DNA of 64,000 bases from Hemiscyllium ocellatum (taxonomy: Eukaryota), in assembly GCF_020745735.1 (NCBI RefSeq), contig NC_083409.1, forward strand, positions 15,471,873 to 15,535,872, in the 5' to 3' direction. Below, one piece after another: positions 25,776 to 38,929 of the stretch. The first letter of the stretch is position 1. Every line of letters starts with the position of its first letter. The position numbers and the translations under genes were made by a program. The notes below the pieces were generated by a model. The model was not told where the DNA came from. It searched no databases and saw nothing but the letters and a program-made list of their open reading frames with translations.

Positions 25776-26477
25776 TGCCCATTATTGCTTGCTGTAATGT
25801 TTGTTTCATGACTTTATTGTTTTAAATAAACCAACTCAGAGAGTAATGGATTGATTATAGGACCAGTACCTTTAACATGTCATGGTGAATGGCTGGAGAA
25901 AACACTGTGCAGATGTGGCCGATTACACAAGCAGCTTCATCTGCAGGTAGAAAATACGAACGACAATCTCCGATTGTGTGAAGGTGTATGAGGCAACATA
26001 TGGGCAAAGAAAAAAAGTAGTCCACTTGGCCCTTTGAACCTGCTCCCCCATTCAATAAGATTGTGGTTGATCTGATTTTAACCTCAACTCTACATTCTCC
26101 GATAATGTTCCATCCCTTCAGCCATCAAGAATCTATTTCCCTCGGCCTTAAAAATATCTAAAGATTCTGCATCCACTGCCTTTTAAGGAAGGGAATTTCA
26201 AAGACTGACAACTCTGAGAGTAAAATCATGTTTCTGAATCTCTGTTTTGAATGGACTCTCCCTTAATTTTAAACTGTGATCCCTAGTTCTGGATTCTCCC
26301 ACAAGAGGAAACATCCTTTCCACATCCACCCGGTCAAGGCCCCTCAGGATCTTGCATGTTGCAATGAAGCCTTGCGTTCAGTTTCCCCTCACAATACACC
26401 AGAATGTTCTATGAGTTTTCCTGATGACTTGCTGTACCTACACACTAACCTTCTGTGATTAATGCACAGAGACCCAG

Positions 26478-26790
26478 ATATGGTTCCGGGGACCCAGGTT
26501 CAAATCCCACCATGGCAGATGGGGGGAATTTAAATTCAAGAACAAAAAAAAATCTGCAATTAAAAGTCCAATGATGACCATGAATCCATGTCGATTGTCA
26601 GGAAAACCCATCTGGTTTACTAACGTCCTTTAGGGAAGTAACTGCCATCCTTCCCTTCTCTGGCCTACATGGGAATCCAATCCCACAGCAGTGTAGATGA
26701 CTGTTAACTGCCCTCTGAGGCAATTAGGGGTGGGTAATACATGATGTCCTAGTCAGTGATGTCCTCATCCCGTGAATGAATTAAAAAGAA
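26478..26790 (+). mobile_element. tRNA-derived SINE, second family (SacSINE1-like, tentative)
   Basis: Head ggacccaggttcaaatcccaccatggcag and a tail shared with the LINE 3' end; other copies at 34715-35050 (-) and 50340-50597 (+). Confidence 0.7.
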
Positions 26791-28724
26791 AATTCTGACT
26801 ATAAATAATCAACATGACAATTAATTGTAATTAATCATTTGTAATTAATGAGCAGCTTTTGTTACAGGCCCTCATTATCTCCTGACTTATTCTCTTTCCC
26901 ACCATAAAGCTACTGTTAGGAAGCATGGAGACTATTCCCACCAGCTCTTGGATCTCTTCCCTATTTATGCTGCTTTCCAGAACACAAGCATCTTCCTGCT
27001 CCAGCCTCCATTCCTCACCCTCACACTGTTCTCCCTCTCTCCACTCCTGACCTCTCACACTGTTCTGCAGCCTCCGCTCCTCACCCAGACCTGTTTAAGA
27101 CCAGGGGTCATAAGATTAAGGTGAAAGTATTTTTTGACCCAGCTTGTGGTAGCTATGTGGAACATGCTGCCTGAGAGGGTGGTGCAGGCTGAAAATCTCA
27201 CAACCTTTAAAATACATTTGGATGAGCGCTTTTAATTCCAGGAGACAGTCGGCTCCAGACAACTGTGAGTAAATGGGATTAGTGTAGTTTAGTGGGTGGT
27301 GGTTGGCATAGACGTGGTGGGCCGAAGGGCCTATTTCTGTGCTGTATGACTCTCGAACCTGGCTCCCTGGCTCTGTGAGGCAGCAGTGCTGTGTCGCCCA
27401 TATTGAGGGAGGCACACAACAAAATCAGCGCAATGGGCGAAAAGAATTCAGCGCTTTCTGTTTTTGAAAACCCCACCGCCACATCACCCAGTTAGCAAAT
27501 TAAAACAAACGATGGGTTATAAGCACAGCTCCCTGCTGGGGCGGTGAAGGGGAGGTCTGGTCGCTGGTCAGAAAACAAAGACATAGGAAGAGAGGGAGTG
27601 GACCCAATTAAAATGGAAGGGGAGTGGTGTGGGTGTTACCTGTGAATGGATACTTACCCATCTGACAGAGTGCCCTCCACCTGGCAATCTATTTTACGCA
27701 ATGTAGAAACATAGAGGATAGGAGCAGGAGTAGGCCATCGGCCCCTCCAGCCTGCTCTGCCTCTCAATATGATTGTGGCTGATCATGGAGCAGATTACTG
27801 TAATCCCTCCCTACCCCGTATGCCTTGGTTCCTTCGCCACAAGAGCTATCTCTACCTCCTTCTTGAAAACCAGTTCCTGTGACAGAGAATTCCACAGACT
27901 CACCACTCTCTGGGTCAAGACAGTTTTTCCTCATTTCTGTCCTATAGAGTTTACCCCTTAACCTTAAACTATGAGCCTGGTTCTGGACTTCCCCACCATT
28001 GGGAACATCCTTCGTCCATTTGACTTGTCTCGTCCTGGTCCAATTTTACAGCTTTCTCCAAGGTTCACTTCCTTCATTCTTCTAACCTCCAGTGAACACA
28101 ATCCTCACCAACTCAACCTCTCCTTATACATCAGTCCTGCTATCACAGAAATCAAATGGCATTCAGTAATTAATATTACTCAGCCCATTGTGGAATGTCG
28201 TGGAAATTAAATTGACTCGACTCAACTATTAGCAAGAGCAACCAAAAAGAGCTTTATTATTATTTTTTTTAACCTCTGCATTGCAGGGGAACCACATGTA
28301 CTTGACAAAAATGCCTTGTGCAAGGGCCCTGAGCATAATTCAGATATTCGTCTTATCCTGTTTCTTATCATACTCTCAAAGACAAAGACTGTGAAGATTT
28401 GTGTTGTTATTCTTTTCATTCCCTTGTTGTGGACTGACTGTTCTGATATTTTTCTCTTGTTGAATGTTTACAAAGTTCCTCAGGGAGAAGCTGTCCCTCG
28501 ACTGCAATCTTCAGTAAAGTGTCAGAAAGTTTTAATTTTAGTCAAGTACTGTCTTTCAGATTTCAGAGTAAATGTTAATTTTGTTAATTTTCCATTACAT
28601 GGAACACAGACTTTGTAGGTCAGGGCTAGAAGACAATCATTGCCGGTTCTAAAATTCAGGCTTCGGGTGCAGTAATCTCAATGGAATCATTGGATACAAT
28701 CTTACAACAGCAGAAAGATGGGAG

Positions 28725-28910
28725 GTGTAGATGGAGGGTGCAGACAGCGGTGTAGACAGTGGGTGTAGATGGTGGGTGCAAACAGAGGGGCTAGACAGTG
28801 ACTGGATACTGGGTGCAGATAGTGGGTACAGACAGTGGGAGCAGATGGTGTTGTAGACAGAAGGTCCAGACGGTAGTTGCAGATGGTGGTGTAGACAGTA
28901 GTGTAGACAA
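28725..28910. repeat. Degenerate minisatellite (gtaga(c/t)(a/g)gtg-like unit)
   Basis: Recurrent gtgtagacag / gtagatggt / tgcagacag units of about 10-12 bp. Confidence 0.7.
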
Positions 28911-29554
28911 GAGCCAGATCTTGCGTGGTGACCACATGGGTGGCTATGTGGAATCACACAGAGAGCAGTCAGTGAGCCTGACACAGTCAGGGACACCCCC
29001 TGGTGCTGAAGGTCATGCTATTGCTGGCAAAGGTCGCATTTCAACTGGAACTGCACTTCCTCCCTACACACTCCCCTCTTGTCCCCACATGCCTCACTAC
29101 AACCCCTGGAGATGCCAGGCAGCACCCAGTGCTCTCGTTCAGTCTCCATTGACCTTGTCTCCATTAACCTTGACCCTCCTCCCAAGCACTTATTTGGGCC
29201 TTCACTGAAGCTTGAGTCATTTCCTCTGACCCTTGATCATTGATTTGCCATCTTGGAACTGTCTAACCTCGTCACCATTAACCTGTACTGCCCTCTCAGC
29301 ATGGAGTGTAGATTGATACAGCACAGAAAAGGCCCTTTGGCCCACTGGGTCTGCACTGGCATAACCACCGCTAAAGGCACTCTAATCCCAATTTCCTGCA
29401 CTTATCACAAATCCTTGCATGTTATGATATTTAAATGTTGTAAGGTTTCCAGCCTCCACTACCTTCCCTGACAGAGGGTTGTGTGTTTATAATTCATTTC
29501 ATGTCAGGCTCATGGAGTTTAATAAAAGCTCAACTATTCTTTAATGTGCAATAT

Positions 29555-29895
29555 GTTGGCTCAGTGGTTTGCACTGCTGCCTCACAGCACCAGGGACCTG
29601 GGTTCGATTCCAGCCCGAGATGACTGTCTTTGTGGAGTTTGCACACTCCCCCTGTGTCTGTGTGGGTTTCCTCCGTGTGCTCCAGTTCCCTCCCACAATC
29701 TAAAGATGTGCAGGTTATGTGAATTGGCCATTCTAAAATTGCCACAGTGGTCAAGAATCTGTCAGTCAGGGGAAATGTTGAGTAAAAAGGGAGGGAAATG
29801 TGTCTCAGGGAGTCTGTCTTCAGAGGGTTGGTGTTGGCTTGTTGGACCAAATGGCCTGTTTCCTCACTGTGACAGTCTGTGAATTCTGTGACAGT
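29555..29895 (+). mobile_element. Older HE1-type SINE
   Basis: ggctcagtggtttgcactgctgcctcacagcaccagggacctgggttcgattcc head and HE1 body. Confidence 0.78.
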
Positions 29896-30112
29896 CCATT
29901 CCAGATTCCCATCACCCAGCATGAAAATCTTATTTCCCAAATCTCATTTGTGATGTTCGTAATGAAACCATTCATTTTGTCTTGTCTCGTTTAGCTCTTG
30001 TGCTCCTTGTTCGATAAATGTTTTTTTTTCCCAATAAAATATAAGTTCCTTGATGGGCTGTTAACCTTGTCCAATCAGGGAGCCCCGGCTGACAGATAAA
30101 AAGGGGAGTGTC

Positions 30113-30425
30113 CCCCCTCCAACTCTATTTTGATTTAGTCCCTGCCCTCCCCTTCACTGTTTTGATCACACAGCATTGCCCTTTGATGTGAAGGGCACTG
30201 CTCGTCACAGGCCACTCGGGTGTTTTCCTACTTTTCCTGGTGGTGGAAATTAAATAAAGATTTGTGCACTTTATGTCTCTCACTGTGTCTCACAACTACA
30301 CACACACACACACACCATGGGTGCTGGGAAAAAAAATAAGCACTACCACAGTTAGGCGGTAGTGTGGGGGTAAAAAAAACAAATAAAAAGAAAGAAAAAA
30401 ATAAAAAAAAGAAAAAAAAAGAAAA
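30113..30425 (+). mobile_element. 5'-truncated polyadenylated retroposon with 15-bp TSD
   Basis: aaaaaggggagtgtc at 30098-30112 and 30426-30440; A-rich tail ~30372-30425; terminal hairpin CACTACC/GGTAGTG. Confidence 0.8.
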
Positions 30426-31472
30426 AAAAAGGGGAGTGTCAGAAGGACTGATACTCTGGGACCTGACTCTGAATAACAACCTACCGACCAACCCCCTCCT
30501 TCTGTCACCCTCAATCTCCCCATGCTTACTCTTGATGCCCTTTTGATCCAGCCTGTTGCTGCCTTTGGGAGAGGTTGGCCTTCCTTCCATTCCTAATGAA
30601 GAGCTTATGCCCAAACCATTGATTATCCTGCTCCTTGGTTGCTGCCTGACCAGCTGCGGTTTCCCAGCAACACACTCTTGACTCTGATCTCCACCATCTG
30701 CAGTCTTCACTTTCTCCTTCACTCCAGCACCTAGGAAAGTGGACATCATCCCAGAGGAGCATAGTCCCACTCGCTCATTACAGACAGAGATGACTGGTAG
30801 TGTGTTTAACCTGAGGGTCTCGACAGCTGAGGAAGGGGGAGTGAAGGTGGCACCTTCATGGTGGTAGCACCCTTCATTAATCCACTGCAATCCCTCTTGG
30901 AGCTGCAAGAATTCAACCTCACTCACTGCTCTCCTCCCTGTAAGGTAATAATACTGCATCTAGTTTAGAGCTAATTGACCATTGAAATACGACTATGGCT
31001 AGTCAGCATTGGCTGAGCAGACAGCCACTACTGCAATGATCCCGGCTCCAGAAAGTCCCCTTGTAATTGGGGAGCACATTAGGGAGCACAGTACGCACTG
31101 CCTCTGAAATCCCTCTCTTCCTAAGAATACACTCTCAGTATTCACCTTTCTCAGCTGCCATCTCAATTTCACTGTAAATTCTGTGAACTATGATCCTGCC
31201 CCACTAGCTGCCTGATGAAGGAGCAGTGGTCCGAAAGCTGGAACTTCCAATTAAACCTGTTGGACTATAACCTGGTGTTGTGTGATTTTTAACCTTGGCC
31301 ACCTCAATGAGCTGCCATCTCAGACTGAGTTGTTTTTCTTCCGAGATTTGACAACATTAAAGCCTAATCTTCAATCCCCATCACAAAACCTATTCTCTAC
31401 CCATCACTCAGAAACAAATACCTCAGAGACACCGACAGGCAGCACAGAGTAACACATTCACACTCATTGAGA

Positions 31473-31677
31473 TACAAAGTTAAAAATCACACAGCACCAG
31501 GTTATAGTCCCACAGGTTTAATTGGAAGCACACTAGCTTTCGGAGCGCCACTCCATCATCAAGGGAGTGTCCTCCACAACCACCTGATGAAGGAGCGGCA
31601 CTCCGAAAGCTAATGTACTTCCAATTAAACCTGTTGGATTATAACTTGCTGTTGTGTGATTTTTAACGTTGTACACC
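31473..31677. repeat. Head-to-head inverted pair of Penelope-type termini, each with a hammerhead motif
   Basis: tacaaagttaaaaatcacac...ctttcggagcgccactccatcatcaa mirrors ctgatgaaggagcggcactccgaaagct...gtgatttttaacgttgta. Confidence 0.85.
31581..31614 (+). ncRNA. Minimal type-I hammerhead ribozyme motif (family B)
   Basis: CAC-CTGATGA-A-GGAG cggca CTCC-GAAA-GCTA; catalytic core intact, stem I first pair mismatched in this copy. Confidence 0.65.
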
Positions 31678-32200
31678 CCAGAGCAACACCGGCATCTCCA
31701 AATCATTGCACTGCCTGCAGCCAGTGCAGAATAACACACACACACACACACACACACCCCTACAGGCAACACTGAGTAACACACACACTCAGAGAGTCAA
31801 GCAGCACTGAGTAACATGCTCACACTCCATTCTGCCTGTCCGTTTCTCTCTGAATAACAATCCCACACTCAGAGTGACACCTACAGGCAGCATTATGTAG
31901 TACATTCACACGCAGCCTGCAGTGCCAGTGATTGGCCTGAGATGACTTCAGGTACAACACAGCATGCAGCAAAGGATAGGCATTGGATAGGCATATGGAG
32001 GAAAGTGGGCTAGTGTAGGTTAGGTGGGCTTAGATCGGCGCAACATCGAGGGCCGAAGGGCCTGTACAGCGCTTTATGTTTCTATGTTCTATGTTCTAAA
32101 GAGTGCAGAGTGCAATCCCAGCACCTGAGCCTGGATCACAGAGTGAAGAGGGAATGCTGAAGATTGTAATTATTGAGTCCTGACAGCTTTCTGTTTCTAG

Positions 32201-33490
32201 GTAAAAACAAGGACTGCAGATGCTGGAAACCAGAGGCTAGATCAGAGTGGTGCTGGAAAAGTACAGCAGGTCAGGCAGCATCCGAGTAGCAGGAAAATCA
32301 ATGTTTCGGGCAAAATCCCTTCATCAGGAATAGACATAGGGTGCCTGCAGAGTGGAGAGATAAATGTGAGGGGGTTGGGGAGAAAGTAGCATAGAGTATA
32401 ATAGGTGAATGGGGGTGAGGATGGAGGTGATAGGTCAGAGAGGAGGGTGGAGTGGATAGGTGGAAAGGAAGATAAGCAGGTAGGACAAGTCATGAGGATG
32501 GTGCTGAGGCTGGAACGTTGAAGCTGGGCTGAGGTGGGGGAAGGGAAAATGAGGAAGCTGGTGAAATCCACATTGATGCCATGGGATTGAAGTGTTCCGA
32601 GGCGGAAGATGAGGCATTCTTCCTCCAGGCGTCAGGTGGTGAGGGAGCAGCAGTGGAGGAGGCCAAGGACTTGCATGTCCTCGGCAAAGTGGGAGGGGGA
32701 GTTGAAATATTGGGCCACAGGGCAGTGGGGTTGATTGGTGTGCTTGTCCCAGAGTGCTCTGCAAGGAGGCGTCCAGTCTCCCCAATATAGAGGAGACTGC
32801 ATCGGGTGCAACGGATACAGTAAATGATATTGGAGGATGTGCTGATAAAAATTTGATGGATGTGGAAGGCTCTTTTGGGGCCTTAGATGGAGGTGAGGGA
32901 GGAGGTGTGGGCAGAGGTTTTACAATTCCTGTGGTGGCAGGGGAGGGTGCCAGGAAGGGAGGGTGGGTGAACCTGACCAGGTAGTCATGAAGGGAACTGT
33001 CTTTGCGGAAAGCAGGAATGGGTGGGGAGCAAAATATATCCCTCGTGGTGGAGTCCGTTAGGAGGTGGCGGAAATGTTGTCGGATGATGTGGGTTATGTG
33101 AAGGTTGTTAGGGTGGAAGGTGAGCACCAGGGGGATTCTGTCCTTGTTACAGTTGGAGGGGTGTGGTTTGAGGGCAGAGGGGTGGGATGCGGACGAGATG
33201 CGTTGGAGCGCATCTTTGACCACGTGGGAAGGGAAATTGTGGTCTCTAAAGAAGGAGGCCATCTGGTGTGTTCTGTGGTGGAACTGGTCCTCCTGGGAGC
33301 AAAAATGGCGGAGTAGGAGGAATTGGGAATATGGGATGGCATTTTTGCAGGAGGTAGGTTGGGAAGAGGTGGAATCCTCGGTGTCGGTAGATTTGTATAA
33401 AATGTCAGTGTCAAGTGGGTCATCATTAATGGAGATGGAGTGGTCCAGGAAGGGGAGGGTGGTGTCAGAGATGGTCCAGGTGGTCATTAA
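32201..33490 (-). mobile_element. Penelope-like element: RT thumb, GIY-YIG endonuclease and 3' terminus with hammerhead motif
   Basis: ORF 32435-33487 LPFLD...KNAIPYSQFLLLRHFCS...RIPLVLTFHP. Frameshifted IIYCIRCTRCSLLYIGETGR (~32760-32850) is a GIY-YIG motif. CTGATGA...GAAAC at 32303-32327. Confidence 0.92.
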
Positions 33491-33714
33491 TGGAAATCTG
33501 TTTGGAATCTTGTAACCTCCAATGATTCCAGATCAAAGGGATCATTTGAAAGTGATTGATGATTGGCTGTCAGTATCCTCTGCAACGATGTATCATTGAT
33601 TGACAGGCCAATTAGCCAATTGTGACAATGCCATGCTGAAATGTAGCCAATCAGCTGAATGGAGTGGTCAATCTCCAAAGCACACACAGAGACAGAGACT
33701 GAATCTTCTTCATC

Positions 33715-33720
33715 TTTATT
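33715..33720 (-). promoter_or_regulatory. Candidate polyadenylation signal of the Ig light chain
   Basis: First AATAAA I found on the minus strand, about 530 nt after the C-exon stop. Confidence 0.45.
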
Positions 33721-34246
33721 CCCTTTTCCAGATTGACATTGACAGAAAACAGTCAGCAATTAACAGCCCAGACAGAGGAAGCTGCACAAATTCACAGCCA
33801 CAATGGAGCTTGAGGAAAACACTTGTGGAGGTTTTCTCAATAGCACGAGAATCCTGTTCCTTCAAACAGTGATAAAACCTTAAATTGGAACTGGCGGCTG
33901 AGCAGGAAGGAGATCTGGTTTACTGAAGCAGAGACTTCTGAGGTTCACATTGTTTTGTACAGTTGACAGTCTTCAGCAACTTCAAGAGATTTTACTTGGC
34001 ATCACAAGTCAACCTTGTCCCCATCAAACACTCCCAGAACAGGGACAGCATGGGGTTTGACACAGCGTAAAGTTCTATCTACAGTGTCCCAATGAACTGC
34101 CATAACCCCTGAACCTCAGAAATGTCTCTGAGCTGGTCCTGAGAAGGAAGAGAGTTGAAATTCAGTGCTGACAATGACCTTTGACCTGCCAGCTCAGCCC
34201 TGTTCTATTTAAAGTTGTGTCTCCTCTGTGGACTGTCTTGAACACT

Positions 34247-34575
34247 CTACACACATTCTGATCTCCTGATGCTCTTGCTGAGGGGAGAGGGGAGGGTCAC
34301 ATGGGTGAGGGCACAGGAGAAGCGAGCGTTAGACTCCCAATCAGACCCAGAGAGGGTCAGCAGGCTGCTGACACTGTAGGTGCTGTCCGAAGCTCGCAGG
34401 TAGTTGCTGGTCTGAACCCCGTCCGAAATGACTGCACCGTCCTTCTTCCACTGCACCTCCAGCTCATCGGGATAGAAGTGATTGGCAAGGCACACCAGGG
34501 TGGCAGTGCCCTTGGCATTGACCTGCTCTGGAGAGGGAGGCAGCAGGGACAGCTTGGGCTGGGAGTTGTCACGGC
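34247..34575 (-). CDS. IGKC: Ig light chain kappa-type (NS4-like) constant exon
   Basis: tttcag|GC CGT GAC...; RDNSQPKLSLLPPSPEQVNAKGTATLVCLANHFYPDELEVQWKKDG...FSCALTHVTLPSPLSKSIRRSECV*. Both domain cysteines, the Trp and the interchain Cys are present; phase 1 matches the J donor. Confidence 0.96.
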
Positions 34576-35149
34576 CTGAAAGACAAAAGAAACACTTTTA
34601 ATCCCTGTTATTCAAAGGGATTTTAACTCTCTGAACATTCACTGGCAAAATAATCCGTTTAAACATTTGTAGCCAATACCTAACAAACCCCAGTAAAGAA
34701 CAGGCATTGTTCAAATTGCTTCTTGGGATGTGAGTGTCACTGCTAGGATCAGCATTTATTGCCCATCCCTAATCACCCAGAGGGCAGTTTAGAATCAACC
34801 ACATTGCTGTGGGTCTGGAGTCACATGGTAAGGATGGCAGTTTCCTTCCCTAAAGGGCATCAGGGAATCAAATGGCTTTTTTCCTGACAATCAATAATTG
34901 TTTCATGGTCATCATTAGACTCTTAATTGCAGATTTTAAAAATTGAATTCACATTCCACCATCTGCTGCTGCAGGATTATAACCCTGGCCCCCAGAACAT
35001 TAATCTGGATCTCTGGATGAACAGCTCAGCAATAGTACCATTAAATCATCACCTCCTTTATCTTATTTTTAGTTGCGAGTGAAAGCAAGAAGTTTGTTTC
35101 GGAACAGGGTGATTAGAAATAGCACAACTGAAAGACTCCCAGTTCATCC

Positions 35150-35850
35150 CAAAAAAGGTGAGTTCCTTGAAAGTGGAGTTGCAGGTAGGTAGGGGGGTGA
35201 CAAAGTCATTTGGCATGCTTTCCTTTATTGGGCAGTGCATTGAGTATTGGAGTTGGGAGCTGTTGCACCTGTACAGGACATTAGTTTGGCCCCTTTTGGA
35301 ATACTGTGTGGAATTCTGGCCTCCCTGCTTTAGGAAAATTGTTGGGAAAATTAAAATGGTTCAGAAAAGATTTCCAAGGATGTTGCCAAGTTGGATGGTT
35401 TGTGCGATCAGGAGAGGCTGAATAGGCTGAGGCTATTTTCCCTGGATCACTGGAGGCTGAGGGATGACCATATCGAGGTTTCTAACATCATGAGGGACAT
35501 TGATCAAATGAAACAAGAAGATATTTTGGTCAGAGTGAAGGAGTCCAGAACTAGAGGGCATAGGTGGAAAGTATCAGGAGAACGATTTAAGTGGGAACTA
35601 AGGCATAACTTATTCCTGCCGAGGGTGGTACATTTTTGGAATGAGCTGCCAGAGGAAGTGGTGGAGGCTGGTATGATAACATTTAAAAGGCACTTTGGTG
35701 AGTATATGAATAGGAAGGGTTTAGAAGGATATGGGCCAAATGCTGACAAATGGGATTAGATTAATTTAGTTTATCTGGTCGGCATAGATGAGTTGGACAG
35801 AAGGATCTGTTTCTGTGCAGTACAACTCTCTGACTCTATGTCTCTGTGGC
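35150..35850 (+). mobile_element. CR1 LINE 3' fragment (in the J-C intron)
   Basis: PLLEYCVEFW...VQKRFPRML and RLRDDHIEV motifs with 3' UTR. Confidence 0.9.
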
Positions 35851-36379
35851 TGCCATGGATGAGTCAGATCGAAGATTCTGTTTCTAATTGGGACCCTAAT
35901 TGTGTTTCAGTCAAGCCCTCAGCACCTCAGACTCTCCCAAAACATTCACATTTTATTTGAAAACCAGTCAATTTTGCAATTTCAGGAAAGGGGCTGCCAA
36001 TTTCTACACAGCAAGATCCCACTGGAAGCAATGAGATCAAAGAGCATTCTTCATGATTTTGGTTCAAGGATAAATATTGTCCTGAACTCAACCCAAAGAG
36101 AAAGTAATTTGGTTCAGTTGGATGGAAATTGAGAAAACGGAAGGGAATGGAGAAGGTAGGATTGTGGTTAGTGATGGGATTGATTGTTACCAGAAAATAA
36201 AAGGAAGGGACTGGAGTTTTGAATATCAAAGGGATCAGAAAAATGCAGGGAAATCGATAATAGATCAAACTTAAAGACTTTGGATCTAAATGCACGAAGC
36301 ATTCTGAGTAAGGGAGAAAAATGATGCCACAAATTGAGGTAAATTGAGATTCCAAGGAATTTAAACCAGTTAAAGTGGA

Positions 36380-38890
36380 GGAGGGCTCAGGAGAGATTAT
36401 TCAAGATTCTAGAAGATGTAAAAGGACAGAGAGTGTGGAAAGGATCAGGTATCGAATGTAAAGCACAGCAGATAAGACGACAATGATGGGAAGGAGGGCA
36501 GTCAATGCAGGACTGAGGGTGTTGTACTTAAATGCACACAATATACACAATGAGCTTGTAGTGCAGATTGAAACTGGCAGGTACAATGTTGTGGGTATCA
36601 CAGAGACATGGCTGTAAGGGGATCCGGGCTGGGAACTAAATATCCAAGGATCCATGTCCTATCAAAAGGACAGGCAGATGGGCAGAAGGGCAAGAGTTGT
36701 GTTGTTAGTAAGAAATTTCTTTAAATCAATAGCAAGAAGTGATACAGTCAGAAGGTGTAGAATCTGTGTGGGCAGAGTTGAGGAACCCAAGAAATAAAGA
36801 ATCTGATGCAAGTTATGTTCAGGTCTCCAAGCAGTAGCCAGGGTGTGGGGAAGAAAATCAATCAGGAGACAGAAAAGGGTAAAAACAATGACTGCAGATG
36901 CTGGAAACCAGATTCTAGATTAGAGTGGTGCTGGAAAAGTACAGCAGTTCAGGTAGCATCCGACGAGTAGTAAAATCAACGTTTCGGGTAAAAGCCCTTC
37001 ATCAGGAATAGAGGCAGACAGCCTGAAGGTTGGAGAGAAAAGTGAGAGGAGGGTGGGGCTGCGGACAAAGTAGCATAGAGTACAATAGTTAAGTACAATA
37101 GGGGGTGGGAGGGTGGAGTGGATAGGTGGAAAAGAAGATAGGCAGGTAGGACAAGTTATGGAGACATTGCTGAGCTGGAAGCTTGGAACTGGAGACAAAA
37201 AAGCCAAATACAAAATGTTATGGCAGACTTCAATGGATAGATGGACTGGGTAGCGCATCTCAACAAAAGGATTTCATGGAATGTCTATGAGATGATTTTT
37301 GAAACAGCTTGTGCTTGATCATTTGGAACAGGCAGTTCTGGATTCAGTGATGTGTAATGAGGCAAACTTGGTTAGTGAGCTGAAAATGAAAGTATCCCTC
37401 CAGATAAGTGACCATAATACGATAGAATTCCCCCTGTAGTTTGAGAGGGAGAAGCTGAAATCAGATGGAACAGGATTTCAATTGAGTAAAGGGAACGACA
37501 AAGACATGAGGAAGGAGTTGACCAGAGTTGGTTGGAAGGGGAGCCGAGCAGATAAGATGGTGGGGCAGCAAACAGCAGAGTTTCTGGGGGTAATTGAGGA
37601 AGCAGAGTAGGAATTCCTCCTGAAAAAGACGAAACAGATGAAGCGGAGGACAATGTAACCATGGCTGATGAGGGAGATCAAGGACAGCATAAAAGCAAAA
37701 GGAAAAGGCATACAATGTGGTGGACAATAGTGGGAAGCCAGAGGATTAGGAAGTCTTTAAAAACCTGTAGAGGATAACTAAAAAAACATTCAGGGGACAG
37801 AAGGTGAAATGTGGGGGAAAGCGAGCCAGTAATATAAAAGAAGATTGCAAGAGTTTCATCAGATATATAAAAAGGAAGAGGGATGCGGAAATAGACATTG
37901 GAAAAAGAATAATAGGAAAATGAAGAAAACGCCGAGGAATTGAATACATTACATCAGTCTGCACAATGGAAAACACCAGCAATGTCCTAGTACTTCAAGA
38001 ATGTCAGGGGGCCGAGGTGAGTGTAGTGGCCATCACTAAGGAGGAGGTACTGGGGAGGCTGAAAGGTCTGAATGTGGATGACTCACCCAGACTGGATGAA
38101 CTACACCCATGTGTTCTGAAGGAGATCACTGAGGAGGTGATGGGGACATTGGTGATGATCTTTCAGGAATCAATGGAGTCAGGGTGTGGAGGTATTTTCT
38201 AAATAAGGAAAGCCTTTGGAGATCTAAAGTACAAACCTCATTCAGGTTTCTCTTCAGGTTAACAGGCAGGTCCAGTTTGTGCTTGGGAAGGCAAATGAAA
38301 TGTTCACAATCATTTCAATAGGGCCAGAATACAAGAGCAGAGATGTACTGCTGAGGCTGTGTAAGGCTCTGGTCAGACTGAATTTGGAATATTTTGAGCA
38401 GATTTGGGACCCATATTCTAAGAAACAATGTGTTGGCATTGGAGGGGTTTACAAGAATGATCCTGGGGATGAAAGGCTTGTCATATGAGGCATGGTTGAG
38501 GATTCTGGGTCTGTACTCAATGGAGTTTAGAAGGATGAGGAGGGACCTTATTAAAATTTGCAGAATATAGATAGGCCTGGATAGAGTGGATACAGAGAAA
38601 ATGTTTCCAAAAACAGGAGAGACTCGGTAACCAAGGCACAGCCTCAGAATGAAGGGCCGACCCTTTCGAGCTGAGATGAGGAGGAATTTCTTCAGCCAGA
38701 AGGTGGTGAATCTGTGGAACTCATTGTTACAGAGGGCAGGGGAGGCCAAGTCACTGAGTGTATTTAAGACAGAGATAGATAGGTTCATGATTGTTAAGGG
38801 GATGGAAAGTTCCTGTGGAGTAGGCAGGAGAATGGGGGTGAGAAGCATATCTGCCAAGGTCAAATGGCAGAGCAGATTCAATGGGCTGAT
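36380..38890 (+). mobile_element. Mosaic of CR1 LINE endonuclease/RT fragments
   Basis: LYLNAHNI...VGITETWL, SPRLDELHPCVLKE, RNFFSQKVVNLWNSL. Confidence 0.85.
36879..37190 (-). mobile_element. Penelope 3'-terminus insert with hammerhead motif and 13-bp imperfect TSD
   Basis: ggagacagaaaag (36865-36877) and ggagacaaaaaag (37191-37203); CTGATGA...GAAACGTT at 36978-37005 (-). Confidence 0.82.
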
Positions 38891-38929
38891 TTCTGCTCCT
38901 ATTTCTTAAAGTCATCTGGAGAGTTTCCC

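Noticed and set aside
30228-30959. 243-aa minus-strand ORF
   Set aside because: Runs across a poly-A retroposon, a microsatellite and a Penelope-like fragment; compositionally biased.
31050-31059. GGGACTTTCT, near-match to the kappa NF-kB site, 3 kb downstream of C
   Set aside because: Single imperfect 10-mer with no supporting E-box or PU.1 cluster that I could verify; chance occurrence is likely.
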